Assembly (NCBI GenBank): GCA_965261085.1
Contig: OZ253442.1
Coordinates: forward strand, 2,496,001 to 2,560,000
DNA: 64,000 bases
Origin: a bacterium
GTDB taxonomy: Bacteria; UBA8248
Direction: 5' to 3'
Below are positions 38,192-48,502 of the stretch, piece after piece (positions within the stretch are counted from its first letter, which is position 1; every line of letters begins with the position of its first letter). The notes beneath the pieces were generated by a model that saw only the letters and a list, made by a program, of their open reading frames with translations, did not search any database and was not told the DNA's origin. The translations under genes and the position numbers were made by a program.

Positions 38192-39868
38192 ATGATTCTA
38201 AAAAATAGAATATTCGCAATAATTTTCGTAGTTTTGGGGGTTCTCCCATCTTCTGGGTTTGCCCAATCAGCAGATATCGCCCTGGTGAACGGGAAAGTAT
38301 TAACAGTCGATGCGAATTTTTCCATTCAGCAGGCAGTGGCCATCCGGGGCGAACGCATTTTATCTGTGGGGGATAACTCCCAGATAACTAAACTGATAGG
38401 TTCAAATACGAAAGTGATTGATCTGCAAGGCAAAATGCTGATTCCGGGTCTGATAGATAATCATGTTCATTTTATCCGACATGCGTTGCGTTGGGAGCAT
38501 GAAGCAAGAATCGATGGGGTGATTTCACGTAAAAAAGCGCTTTCCATCATTTCCGCCAAGGCGAAATCATTGAAACGCGGGGAGTGGGTGCTCATCATTG
38601 GTGGATGGAGTCCCGACCAATTTCGCGATAAGCCGGGATTGTTTACGAAAGCGGAATTGGACGGGGCCGCCCCGAACAATCCGGTTTTTATTCAGCAATC
38701 ATATCGGCTTATGATCTTGAATAGCCAGGCTCTGAAGAAGGCGGGGATCAATGAGAACTCGCAAGAGCCGAGAGGCTGGCGGATAGTCAGAAGTGATTCT
38801 GGGGCTCCTACGGGCGTTATTTACGGTCGTCGGGCCATTTTCCGGTTCTGGCGACGTGAACTGCCGAAAGTTACGGAAAACAAAGTCATATCCGGCCTGA
38901 AGAAGCTGATGACGGACTTTAACCGTGCTGGTGTAACGGGTTTGCTCGAGTTAGGTGGTGGCGGGGTTAGGGACGAAACTTACAAGTTGATTCAGAGAAA
39001 ATTGTCCCCCAAAAATGGCCTTTCGGTGAGGATATTTTACACACCTCGCTTTCGGGTGCGTTCTCCGGAGCGAAATAAAAGAGTGATTGAGAGAATTCGA
39101 AAATCCCGCCCTGATAAATCCGCCAAGATGATGGGTGAAATCGCGCTTGGCGAGCATATGTATGCGCCTATCCACGATTCGCCGTTCAGGCCTGCACGGG
39201 CTTCGGATGAGGATTATCATGAATTTGCAAAAGTTTCCGAGGCGGCTGTAGATGGGGGATGGACGATTCACGAGCATGCTTTTCGCGATACTACGATTAC
39301 GCGGTATTTGGACATTTTCGAGAAAATAAATCAAAAAAAGAAAATAACGAATCTGCGCTGGTCGATTCATCACGCGGATTTCATCTCAATGAGAAACATC
39401 GAGCGCGTCAAAGCGCTCGGAATGACTTTGGCCCTGCACAGCAAAATGACGATTCTAGGTTCCGCGCTGAGGCGAAGATTGGGGAAACGCGCGCTCTCGC
39501 TGCCGCCGTTGCGGACGGTTCAGAATAGCGGGGTCATTTGGGGGCTTGGTACGGATGCCGGTGTCGTAGCTCCTTATCCGCCAATGCTTTCCCTGTGGTG
39601 GGCCGTTACTGGCAAGGATTTACGCGGGAAGAGGGCGCTTTCGGAGACCGAAACCGTTTCCAGAAAAAACGCGCTCATCGCCCATACGAGGTCGAACGCA
39701 TACCTGCTATTCAAGGAAAGTGAGCTGGGCTCTATCGAAAAGGGTAAATTGGCCGACCTCGTCGTGCTCGACCGCGATTACATGACGATCCCTGAAGATC
39801 ATATCAAGGACATCAAGCCTTTGCTCACGATGGTCGGGGGAAGGGTGGTGTTCCGCTCAAGAATATGA
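38192..39868 (+). CDS. Secreted amidohydrolase_3 (YtcJ-like)
   Basis: Signal peptide, PGLIDNHVH, GSIEKGKLADLVVLDRD. Confidence 0.9.
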   Translation: MILKNRIFAIIFVVLGVLPSSGFAQSADIALVNGKVLTVDANFSIQQAVAIRGERILSVGDNSQITKLIGSNTKVIDLQGKMLIPGLIDNHVHFIRHALRWEHEARIDGVISRKKALSIISAKAKSLKRGEWVLIIGGWSPDQFRDKPGLFTKAELDGAAPNNPVFIQQSYRLMILNSQALKKAGINENSQEPRGWRIVRSDSGAPTGVIYGRRAIFRFWRRELPKVTENKVISGLKKLMTDFNRAGVTGLLELGGGGVRDETYKLIQRKLSPKNGLSVRIFYTPRFRVRSPERNKRVIERIRKSRPDKSAKMMGEIALGEHMYAPIHDSPFRPARASDEDYHEFAKVSEAAVDGGWTIHEHAFRDTTITRYLDIFEKINQKKKITNLRWSIHHADFISMRNIERVKALGMTLALHSKMTILGSALRRRLGKRALSLPPLRTVQNSGVIWGLGTDAGVVAPYPPMLSLWWAVTGKDLRGKRALSETETVSRKNALIAHTRSNAYLLFKESELGSIEKGKLADLVVLDRDYMTIPEDHIKDIKPLLTMVGGRVVFRSRI

Positions 39869-40033
39869 AATCGAGGTCATCCCTATATCTGTTTGAATTT
39901 TCATCAACTAGGCGTTGGCGCCTGAAAAATGAGAAATCTGATTTGACAGCAAGAATCGGATAGAAGACTCCCGGCGTTGCGATTACATTATGGATGAATA
40001 TGTAATCGCTCATGTCTTTTGGGGAGGCTGAAA

Positions 40034-41077
40034 ATGGATATGAATGCTCAGTGGGAAGCGATTCTCAAGCGAGACACAAGGGCGGATGGCCGTTTCGTAT
40101 ACGCTGTTCGTTCCACCGGAATTTATTGCCGTCCTTCATGCGCGAGCCGGAAGCCAAATAAAAACAACGTGCTAATATTCGAATTCCCCGAAATGGCCGA
40201 AGGGCGCGGGTTCAGGCCCTGCCTGAGGTGCGCTCCCCGGGATACCGACTACGATCCCCGCCTCGAGAAGGTGAGAAAAACCGTTCGCTACATCGAAGAA
40301 CACGCGGATGAAAGCCCCACCCTTGCGGAGTTGGGGCGGGCTGTGGGTGCAAGTCCCCACCATTTGCAGCGCACCTTCAAAGGCGCCCTGGGCGTGAGTC
40401 CCCGCCAGTATCTCGAATCCCTCAAAGCGCAAAAATACAAGGATTTACTCAAAAACGGACGCGATCTGGCGGGCGCCGGCTATGAGGCCGGGTACGGCTC
40501 GAGCAGCCGGGTGTATGAGGGCGCATCGCGCTATCTGGGCATGACTCCTGCGACGTATAAGAAGGGTGGGGAAGGCGTTTCGATACGCTACGGAATCACC
40601 GAGTGCCGCTTGGGCCGATTGCTTGTCGCGGCTACCGATAAGGGAGTTTGCCGCGTGAGCATCGGGGAGAGAATCGGCGAACTCGTCCTCGATCTGAAAA
40701 ATGAATATCCCAATGCAATACTGCGTCGTAGCGATGATGAATTAAAGAAATACTTGAATATTGTCGCCCTTCTCGCCGAAGGAGAGACGCCCCCCGAATC
40801 CCTGCCCCTCGACGTGCGCGCCAGCGCTTTTCAGTGCCGCGTATGGGAGCGGCTTAAATCCATTCCTCCTGGAAATACAATGACTTACAAGGAGGTCGCC
40901 CAAGACCTGGGGCTTGAGAGGGGCGCGAGGGCGGTAGGGCGCGCATGCGCCGAGAACCCGGTGGCGCTGCTGGTTCCCTGCCATCGCGTGATCCGGGGAG
41001 ACGGGAGCCTCGCAGGCTATCGCTGGGGCGTGGAGCGCAAGAGGGAATTGCTGGAGATGGAGAAGAAACGAAAATAA
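40034..41077 (+). CDS. ada: Bifunctional Ada regulator / O6-methylguanine methyltransferase
   Basis: YCRPSC..FRPCLRC zinc site, AraC HTH, PCHRV. Confidence 0.95.
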   Translation: MDMNAQWEAILKRDTRADGRFVYAVRSTGIYCRPSCASRKPNKNNVLIFEFPEMAEGRGFRPCLRCAPRDTDYDPRLEKVRKTVRYIEEHADESPTLAELGRAVGASPHHLQRTFKGALGVSPRQYLESLKAQKYKDLLKNGRDLAGAGYEAGYGSSSRVYEGASRYLGMTPATYKKGGEGVSIRYGITECRLGRLLVAATDKGVCRVSIGERIGELVLDLKNEYPNAILRRSDDELKKYLNIVALLAEGETPPESLPLDVRASAFQCRVWERLKSIPPGNTMTYKEVAQDLGLERGARAVGRACAENPVALLVPCHRVIRGDGSLAGYRWGVERKRELLEMEKKRK

Positions 41078-41533
41078 TTTCAACTGTTTACGGATAATAC
41101 CCCCAAAGCGGATGAACGGATTCCACAGCCTTCGACGGCGTCCCCTGCACTTTCAGAAACTTACCGAAACCAGACGAAAAAACATCGTTTTATTTCTCGA
41201 AAAACCCCGTGAATTTATCTAATTTTATCGATATTTTCATTAATTCCCTTGGCCCCGAGCGGGCCGATTCGCTTCGCCACCATACCCGGTCGCGCCCGGC
41301 ATCAACGCACCGCAAATGCGGGCAATTGCGCATTTCCTGCGGACGAGGTTCACTCAGGGAGCGTACCCAGCGGCGAGTCAATCCTGACCGGAAGAAATGG
41401 ACTGCCTGACGGGGGAGGGAGGTTTTTCGTAGTCGGGTGGCTCTCTGCGTTGTCCGACTCCCCCCGTGGTTCTCCTTTGCGGGACAGGGTCAGGACATGC
41501 GCAGGGGCCTGTCCTTCGAGCCCTTACACCGCC

Positions 41534-42886
41534 TCAACCACCCGGGCGCGTCACGGTGTTGCCGTACCCCGCTCGGCCTGTCACCTCGCCGTCTTCCATC
41601 ACGACTTCGCCGCGCACGAGCGTCATCACGGGCGCGCCCTTCACCCCCCAGCCGTCAAAGGGCGTCCACTTGCATTTGGAGACGATGTCCGCGTCGCGCA
41701 GCGTCTCTTCCTTGTCCATGTCCACGACGATGAAGTCCGCATCCGCGCCCACCTGGATGCACCCCTTGCGGGGATAGATGCGGAATACGCGCGCGGGCTG
41801 CTCGCAGCAGATGCGCACCATCTGGTTGAGGGTCAGGACGCCCTCGCTCACGGCGTTGAGCATGAGGCGCACCGTCGTCTCCACGCCCGGTATCCCGAAG
41901 GGGGCTTCATGGATGTTCTCGAGGCCGTCCACCTTCCGCTGGCGGGGGAAGGGGCAGTGGTCGGTGCCGATGGTGTCCACCATGCCGCGCCCCAGGGCTT
42001 GGCGCATTCCGTCCCGCGTCTCGGCCGAGCGAATCACAGGCGTGAACTTGACGAACGGCCCGAGTTTTTCCAAATGCGAATGATCGAGATAGAAATACTG
42101 GGGGCAGCTTTCGGCGAAAATCCTCGCGCCCCGCCCGCGCGCCGCCCGAATGGCTCTGAGCAGCACGGGCTGGCTCACGTGGGCCACCAGCACCGTGCAG
42201 CCCGTGAGTTCGGCCAGGGCCACGGCGTCCAGTGTCGCCACATATTCGCTCTCTGGGTTTCGCCAGTCGCTGATGCACATATAGTCCGTTCTGTTGTCGG
42301 CGTCGATTTTCTCTTTTGATTTCTTGAGTATGGAATCGCTCTCACAGTGCAACATCACCGTCGCGCCGAAGGATTTGGCCTCGCGCATGATGTTCAAGAG
42401 CGCGCCCTCGGACAAATCGGGCACGCCGTGCAACTCGCACATGAAGCCTTTGAAGCCGAGCGCGCCGCCCTCCCACATGGGGCGCAAGTGTTCCAGGTTG
42501 TCGACGTCGAGGCCGCCCAACTGCCCGAAATCCACCACCGCGCGCGAGTCGATGTAGGCCGTTTTCTCCTCTAATATCTCTCGCGTGTAGACGAGCGGCT
42601 CGCTCCGGTGATGGTCGATCACCGTGGTGATGCCGCCCCTGGCCGCCGCCTCGGTGCCCGTCGTCCAGTCTTCCCTGTCCGTGAAGCCGGGGTCCATCAT
42701 GTGCACGTGCTCATCCACCATGCCCGGCAGGAGAAAGCGGCCCCCTGCGTCGATTTCGCGCGCAGCACCCGTTTCGGCTTTTTGCGTGATGGCGGAAATC
42801 CGCCCCCCCTCCACGTAGACGCAGCCCTCATACGTGCCTGCGGGCGTCACGATTTTTGCGTTCTTGATCAAAAGGTCGGCGCTCAT
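41534..42886 (-). CDS. Cyclic amidohydrolase (allantoinase/dihydroorotase family)
   Basis: DEHVH, AAARGGITT, GTDHCP, KGCIQVGADAD. Confidence 0.9.
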   Translation of the reverse strand: MSADLLIKNAKIVTPAGTYEGCVYVEGGRISAITQKAETGAAREIDAGGRFLLPGMVDEHVHMMDPGFTDREDWTTGTEAAARGGITTVIDHHRSEPLVYTREILEEKTAYIDSRAVVDFGQLGGLDVDNLEHLRPMWEGGALGFKGFMCELHGVPDLSEGALLNIMREAKSFGATVMLHCESDSILKKSKEKIDADNRTDYMCISDWRNPESEYVATLDAVALAELTGCTVLVAHVSQPVLLRAIRAARGRGARIFAESCPQYFYLDHSHLEKLGPFVKFTPVIRSAETRDGMRQALGRGMVDTIGTDHCPFPRQRKVDGLENIHEAPFGIPGVETTVRLMLNAVSEGVLTLNQMVRICCEQPARVFRIYPRKGCIQVGADADFIVVDMDKEETLRDADIVSKCKWTPFDGWGVKGAPVMTLVRGEVVMEDGEVTGRAGYGNTVTRPGG

Positions 42887-43090
42887 CCGGATACCCTTTC
42901 ATGATTTTGGCGATTCGGCATCAAACTTCGCATGGTTCGAGAATGGAGGGCATTATGACGCATTAGAGCGCGGGGAGCCAAGAGGGGAGGGATGTTGAAG
43001 TGTGCAGTGAGGGAAGTGCGCAAGAATTATAAAAGGCGCTTTCTGCTTTTTAATGTAATGCTGAAAATCGCTCCTTATGCTCGGGTTTTA

Positions 43091-43286
43091 CACTCCCCCC
43101 TTGAGGGTCGGGCTTTCCGAGGGGAAAGTCCGTCGGCAAGACGAAGGCGTAAGCCTGAAGTCGTGCCGGTGGGGGGAGCATTAGCTTTAGAATCGTCCCC
43201 CCACCGCATCAGCCTTCGCCAAAGCCGCTCGGCTTCTGTGACATTCCCTCCCTCTTCGGTCGGAAATGACCCTCAAGGGGGGAGTG
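43091..43286. repeat. Palindromic REP/MITE-like element (full-length copy)
   Basis: Perfect outer IR CACTCCCCCCTTGAGGGTC / GACCCTCAAGGGGGGAGTG; inner IR GGTGGGGGGA..TCCCCCCACC. Confidence 0.8.
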
Positions 43287-43346
43287 ATTAGAATCCTTTG
43301 GGTAACGAAAAATATAGGGTTAATTACGACCTGTCCTTCCCGCCCC

Positions 43347-44243
43347 CTAATTCACCCCTTTCGCTTTCGGCGCCAGCCCCAGTTCCCGTCTTTTCTGGAT
43401 GACGCCCGAGAGGCGGTACCAGGCCTCGCGGCCGGGGTCGATCTGAGAGCCGCGTTCAATGAGGCGCGACGCCAAGTCCAGCTCCTTGTTCAGGTAGACG
43501 AGCAATGAGGAGAGGTTCACCAGGACGCCCGTGTCTTCGGGCGATAATTCCTCCGCCGCCTTGAGCACCTTTTCCGCCTCTTCGTAGAGGTATTGGGAGA
43601 CCAGGTATTTGGCGTACTTGTTGGAGACGATCGGGTTCTCGGGGTCGAGTTCACGGGCTTTTCGGTATGCGGCGAGCGTTTCCTCCAAATCACCCGCCTC
43701 GTCCATCATCTTCGCCAGGGCGAGCCAGGCGTCCACGTTTCCGGGGTTGATCTCGAGATCGCGGCGGATGAGCCTGAGAGCGGCCTCGTCGTTTTTTTTC
43801 TCCAAAAGCCTCAGCGCGCGTTCATAAAGCGCGCTCGTGGTTTTCTGGAGAATCGAAAAACCCTCGTCCGATTCGATGATTCTCGACGTCGCCCCGAGCT
43901 TCAAATCCTGCACCTCGGCCCGGGTGCCGACGCTCAGTTCAGGAGGCTGCGTCTTTTGGATGGAGCGCGCTTTTTCTCTGAACTCACGGGCCACCTTGCG
44001 GAAGGGAATCCCGAGAATGGCGGTCTTGTCATACGCCTCTTTCGCCATGTCGTAGGTGGGAAGCGTCAGGACGCGGAAAAAATGCGGCTCTTCCGGTTTT
44101 TTCTTAAGGGGCGGTTTTGATTCGAGCGCTGGTTCCTTCTTCTCCTGGGGAAGGAAGAGGGCGCGGATGTTCGCGCAACCTGTAAGCAACAGAAACGCCG
44201 CCGGCGCGGCGATAATTATTCCGAGCCGCCTGCCTCCTCGCAT
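43347..44243 (-). CDS. TPR-repeat lipoprotein with a parvulin-like remnant
   Basis: Lipobox LLTGC, LKLGATSRIIESDEGFSIL, several TPRs. Confidence 0.75.
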   Translation of the reverse strand: MRGGRRLGIIIAAPAAFLLLTGCANIRALFLPQEKKEPALESKPPLKKKPEEPHFFRVLTLPTYDMAKEAYDKTAILGIPFRKVAREFREKARSIQKTQPPELSVGTRAEVQDLKLGATSRIIESDEGFSILQKTTSALYERALRLLEKKNDEAALRLIRRDLEINPGNVDAWLALAKMMDEAGDLEETLAAYRKARELDPENPIVSNKYAKYLVSQYLYEEAEKVLKAAEELSPEDTGVLVNLSSLLVYLNKELDLASRLIERGSQIDPGREAWYRLSGVIQKRRELGLAPKAKGVN

Positions 44244-44250
44244 GGTGGGG

Positions 44251-44883
44251 CTAGGCGTCCGCGGGCTCGGCCACGACACGCTCGAAGGTTTTCATGAAAA
44301 CCTCCATCGGCTGCGCGCCGGTGATTCTGTATTTGCCGGAAAAATCGACCGTGGGTGTGGATTGCACTCCTGCGTTCAGCGCCTCGATGTGATCCGCCCA
44401 GACGCGCTTTTCCATATCCTGATCGGCCATGACCTCGCGCATGATCGAAGGCTCCGCCCCCAGTCGCTCGGCGGCGGCCACGAGCACGCCCGTGTCGTCG
44501 ATGTTCAGGCACTCGACCAGATGCGTTCGCTCCACGGCTTCCAGAAAATCGCCCTCCCGCTCCGGGAGTAGAGCGGCGAAGGCCTTGATGGCGATTGCGC
44601 CGGGGGTGGAATGGGGGTAGGGGAAATCGCGGCGCGCCATGAGTTCGGGATTGATCGCCTCGCCCCCGGGGTGGCCTTTCGCCATTGCCCAATGACCCAT
44701 GATGGCCTCCTTGCGGGACGGACGATTGTCCGGCTCGGGCGAGAGCAGAAAGGCGCGATACCGGATGGCGAGGAGCCCGCCCGCCATCTCCGTCAGTTTT
44801 CGCAACCGCCCGGTTGCGATCAGGCACCAGGCTCAGTGGACGCAATAGGTATACGTGGCTTCTATGACTGGTTCGTTCGGCAA
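44251..44883 (-). CDS. DsbA/FrnE-like selenoprotein (UxxC)
   Basis: From TTG 44883 (GAGG RBS): LPNEPVIEATYTYCVH-UGA-AWCLIA, in frame with ORF 44251..44805 (GVQSTPT..ITGAQP); SECIS-like hairpin follows the UGA. Confidence 0.85.
44800..44819 (-). promoter_or_regulatory. Bacterial SECIS-like hairpin
   Basis: UCGCAACC-GGGC-GGUUGCGA; G-led loop begins 21 nt after the UGA at 44833-44835. Confidence 0.7.
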
Positions 44884-44962
44884 TACATGGCCCTCATCGT
44901 TCGGCGGATTTGATGGCCGATCCTTTCATCTCCGAGGATTCAGCGCAAATACAGAATGCAAA

Positions 44963-45649
44963 TCAGCGCAGATATTCCCGCGTATGCGGAGCGAGCGAGA
45001 CGTTTCGGGAGAGACGGCCCTTCAGGGCCTCCAAATCGTCCGCCTTGTCGACGTCGCGCCATTCCGGGAGGAGGGAAGTCCCGATGCCGAGCGCGCCCGC
45101 TCTCTCTATCGTGCGGGAGAGCACCTCGTTCGTGCTCCAGGGGATGTCAACAAAAATATCAGGGACGAACCGGTTCATCCCGATGAGGTAATAGCCCCCG
45201 TCCGCCGCAGGGCCGAGCGTGATCTTGGGGTCATCCCCGCTATCCAGATTCCGAAACGCTTCGAGCAGAACGTCGTCTGGAAGATCCGGAAAATCCGTGC
45301 CGATGAGCACTGCGCTCCTCCCGGCCGTCAGGCATCGGCCCAGAGCCGCCGCCATGCGCGCCCCCAGGTCCGCTCCCGTTTGCGCACGATGGAGAAATGC
45401 GCCGGGCAGCCAGTCGGCGAGCGGAAATTCATCGAGCGACTCCCCGCGCTCCAGGGCCCACTCGCAGACGAGGCTGACGCTTGGCCTCACGAGGCTGAGC
45501 GCGCGCGCCGTCTCGGCGGCGTCTTGCAGAAAACAATTATATAGACGCGCGGCGCCCTCGCGCCCGAGACTTATGCCGAGGCGCGTCTTCACCCGGCCGG
45601 CGAGGGGCGGTTTGGCGAACAGGATGAGAGATTCGGCCGCCATCGTCAT
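44963..45649 (-). CDS. TIGR04282/DUF2064 glycosyltransferase-like protein
   Basis: FAKPP.AGRVKTRL, Q.GADLGARM, IGTDFP, LGPAADGGYYLIG, DVD..DDL. Confidence 0.9.
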   Translation of the reverse strand: MTMAAESLILFAKPPLAGRVKTRLGISLGREGAARLYNCFLQDAAETARALSLVRPSVSLVCEWALERGESLDEFPLADWLPGAFLHRAQTGADLGARMAAALGRCLTAGRSAVLIGTDFPDLPDDVLLEAFRNLDSGDDPKITLGPAADGGYYLIGMNRFVPDIFVDIPWSTNEVLSRTIERAGALGIGTSLLPEWRDVDKADDLEALKGRLSRNVSLAPHTREYLR

Positions 45650-45753
45650 TCCCGATGAGGAAGGGTCTGTGGAGTAAAACTCCTCGTCTTGGTAGAATCA
45701 TACCCTCGTTTGATTACCATTTCGCGTCACACCGAGCAAAAAGGACACACAAC

Positions 45754-46197
45754 ATGGAATTCAACCAGGAGATTACGGTCGCCGCCCCCCGGGATAAGGT
45801 GTGGGATTTCATCTGGCGCGTCGAGGAGTTCGCCGCCTGCGTGCCCGGCGTGAAGGATGTGGAGAAAATAGACGACATGACCTACGGCGTGAGGGTCGAG
45901 CAGAAGGTCAGTTTCCTGAAGGCGAGCTTTCAACTCCAGATCAAAATCGAAGAAGTCCGTGCGCCCGAGTACATCCGCACGGTGGGCGAGGGGAAGGATT
46001 CGAAAATCGCGGCGAGCCTCAGGCAGAAAAACGAGGTGACGCTCGAGGCCGTCTCCGAGAACGAAACCAAGGTGCGCATCGATTCCACCGTCGACGTTTT
46101 CGGGAAACTCGGCTCGCTGGGCTTCAGCGTCATCAAGAACCAGGCGAACAAGATTTTCGCCGAATTCGCAAAGAACGTGAAAGAAAAGGTGGAATAA
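45754..46197 (+). CDS. CoxG/SRPBCC-family protein
   Basis: VWDF..AACVPG..GKLGSLG..IFAEF pattern. Confidence 0.85.
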   Translation: MEFNQEITVAAPRDKVWDFIWRVEEFAACVPGVKDVEKIDDMTYGVRVEQKVSFLKASFQLQIKIEEVRAPEYIRTVGEGKDSKIAASLRQKNEVTLEAVSENETKVRIDSTVDVFGKLGSLGFSVIKNQANKIFAEFAKNVKEKVE

Positions 46198-46282
46198 AGA
46201 AGAAAACCTCTCGCCGCGCGGCGTACCTCTCCGACTGAGGATCAGAGAATCTTAGGGCCGCGACGGCTTTCTTGGGCCTTCT

Positions 46283-46758
46283 TCAGGGCCGCTTGATTAT
46301 CCACTCCTCCACCAGTTCACAGCCGCTCTCGCGGTAGAGCGCGGAAATGGGGCAGCGCCCGTGATGCTGGCGCTTGAGTTCCTCGACCCGCTCGTCGGGC
46401 TCATCGGTGGTGAGGTGAATTTTGCCTCCACGTAATCGAAGTTGGGGCTGATGCCGTTGTCCGGGTCCTTTGCGCCCCTGGGGTCGGCCGTGCCGCGAAC
46501 CTCCACCTCCTGGGCGATGACGTTGAAGTCGAGTCCCTCGGCCACCTTGTTCGTGATGACCGTGATGCAGGCGGAAAGCGCGCCGAGCGCGAGTTCGCGC
46601 GGCGTGGGGCCGGTGTCGGTTCCGCCGCCCTGGGCGGGTTCATCGGCGATGAAGGCGTGCTTCCGCGCTTTTATCTCCACCCGGCAGCCTTCTGTGCGCC
46701 TGGCCCTCACCCGGCGTTCCTGCTTGGCTATCACTTCCTTGTCCACGGCTTCCACCAT
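46283..46758 (-). pseudogene. OsmC-family protein with 1-nt frameshift (real or sequencing error)
   Basis: DEP..GG.D.GPTP.E..LSAC; the second Cys motif (GRCPIS) is in another frame. One extra base in the T4 run 46420-46423 restores the ORF. Confidence 0.8.
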
Positions 46759-46808
46759 CTGTATTTCTCCTTAAAATCATAAAAGCGAATAGAACCTGCG
46801 AATGAAAC

Positions 46809-47870
46809 TTAATCAAACACCACCGCGGCTCTTCCGGTCACCCGGTTTTCGATGAGCGCCTGGAAGGCTTCTTCCGTCTCCTCGAGCGGGAAGGTCTCGG
46901 TGACGATGGGCTTGATTCTCCCCTGCTGAACCAGCGCGAGCGATTGGTTGAGTTCTTCCATCGAGCAGTAGCGCGAGCCGTGAATCTCCTGCGCATAGGT
47001 GAGCAGATGCAGCGGGTCGACCGTGAAGTTCGGTGAGACGTTGTTATACGCCGCCGCCGGGCGGTAGCCCACGATCACCAGCTTGCCCGCGCGCGCCAGG
47101 CTGGCGATGCCCGCCTCGAGCGTCTCGCGCGAGGCCACGTAGTCGATGTAGGCGTCCACCCCGCGCCCGTCGGTCAGGGAGAGGATTTCCTCCACGGTGT
47201 CGGTCTGCGCCGGGTTCAGGGTGGCGAAGGCCCCGAGTTCGGAGACGGTCTCGAGTTTTTTCTCCGACACGTCTATTCCGATGACGTGGCCGCCGCACAC
47301 CTGGGCCATCTGCACCGCGTGAATCGCCACGCCGCCGCCCGCGCCCACGATCGCCACCACGTCGCCGGGTTTGATCTGAGCCTCGGCCACGCAGTTGTGA
47401 TAGGGCGTGCAGATGGCGTCCGCCGCCACGCAGGCGTCGAGTGAGGTGACGCCGTCTGGGATCTTGCACAGGTTCACGGCGGGGACGGTCGTGTATTCGG
47501 CATAGCCCCCGTCCATGACGAGGCCGAAATATCCCCTGAAATTCTCGCAAAGCGTTTCGCGCCCGCTGCGGCAGAACCGGCAGTTGTGGCAGGTGAGGTA
47601 GAAATGGCACGTCACGTGAGCGCCCACGCCCACGTTCGTGACGTGGGAGCCCGTCTCGACGACCTCGCCCGCGATTTCGTGTCCCAGAATTCTCGGGTAT
47701 TCATCCACCAGACCCGGTGTGCTCCGCATGATGACCAGCGTGAGGCCCACGCCCGTGGCCTTGAGGCGTACGAGGGCGTCGTTCGGCCCGGGTTGAGGCA
47801 CCGGAACCTCCTCAAGCTGAAACGAGCCGCCCAACTCATGAAGCCGCATTGCTTTCATCGTGGATGCCAT
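46809..47870 (-). CDS. Zn-dependent alcohol dehydrogenase family
   Basis: GHEIAGEV, C..C..C.......C, GAGGGV. Confidence 0.92.
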   Translation of the reverse strand: MASTMKAMRLHELGGSFQLEEVPVPQPGPNDALVRLKATGVGLTLVIMRSTPGLVDEYPRILGHEIAGEVVETGSHVTNVGVGAHVTCHFYLTCHNCRFCRSGRETLCENFRGYFGLVMDGGYAEYTTVPAVNLCKIPDGVTSLDACVAADAICTPYHNCVAEAQIKPGDVVAIVGAGGGVAIHAVQMAQVCGGHVIGIDVSEKKLETVSELGAFATLNPAQTDTVEEILSLTDGRGVDAYIDYVASRETLEAGIASLARAGKLVIVGYRPAAAYNNVSPNFTVDPLHLLTYAQEIHGSRYCSMEELNQSLALVQQGRIKPIVTETFPLEETEEAFQALIENRVTGRAAVVFD

Positions 47871-48109
47871 GTCTTCGCCTCCTTCGCTCTCATCGGGTGC
47901 GCCAGTCGCAACGAATGGATATGTCGAAATGTTGTTATACGACTTTAAGGCTTTTCACCCGGCCTGAAAAGTGGCGAGGCGCGTTTCGCACGCCTGAATT
48001 TTCCGCGCCGACCTCATCTATTCTATCCATATTGCAAGAGTCCTCCTTATATCCATTTCGCGTGGACTCGTGCTAAAATTCGCCGAACGCGCCGCGAAGG
48101 AGAGGTATT

Positions 48110-48502
48110 TTGGTCTTCAAACTATTTTTGCTCTTCACGCTCATCCCAATCATCGAATTGATGATTCTCATCGATCTGGGAAGTTCCATCGGCTTGGCCC
48201 CCACGCTGGGGGTCGTCATCCTCACCGGCGCGCTGGGCGCATGGGCGGCGAGAACCCAGGGATTTTACGTGGTTTCCCGCATACAGGCGGAAATGGCGGA
48301 GGGGAGGCTCCCCGGGGCCGAGATGGTCGAGGGCGCGATGGTGCTCGTGGGCGGCGTGTTGCTCTTGACACCCGGTCTTCTGACGGACGCCGCCGGTTTC
48401 GCCCTGATGGTCCCCGCCGTACGGGCCGTGATGCGGGGCTGGCTGATGAGAAAATTCGAAAAAATGATCGACGAGGGAAAGGTGCATGTCCACCGTGGCT
48501 AG
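48110..48502 (+). CDS. fxsA: FxsA family membrane protein
   Basis: PIIEL, GVLLLTPGLLTD. Confidence 0.9.
   Translation: MVFKLFLLFTLIPIIELMILIDLGSSIGLAPTLGVVILTGALGAWAARTQGFYVVSRIQAEMAEGRLPGAEMVEGAMVLVGGVLLLTPGLLTDAAGFALMVPAVRAVMRGWLMRKFEKMIDEGKVHVHRG

Noticed and set aside
43119-43135. GGAAAGTCCG resembling the RNase P RNA 5' motif
   Set aside because: Lies inside a ~200-bp palindromic repeat; too short, and the 3' P4 partner was not found.
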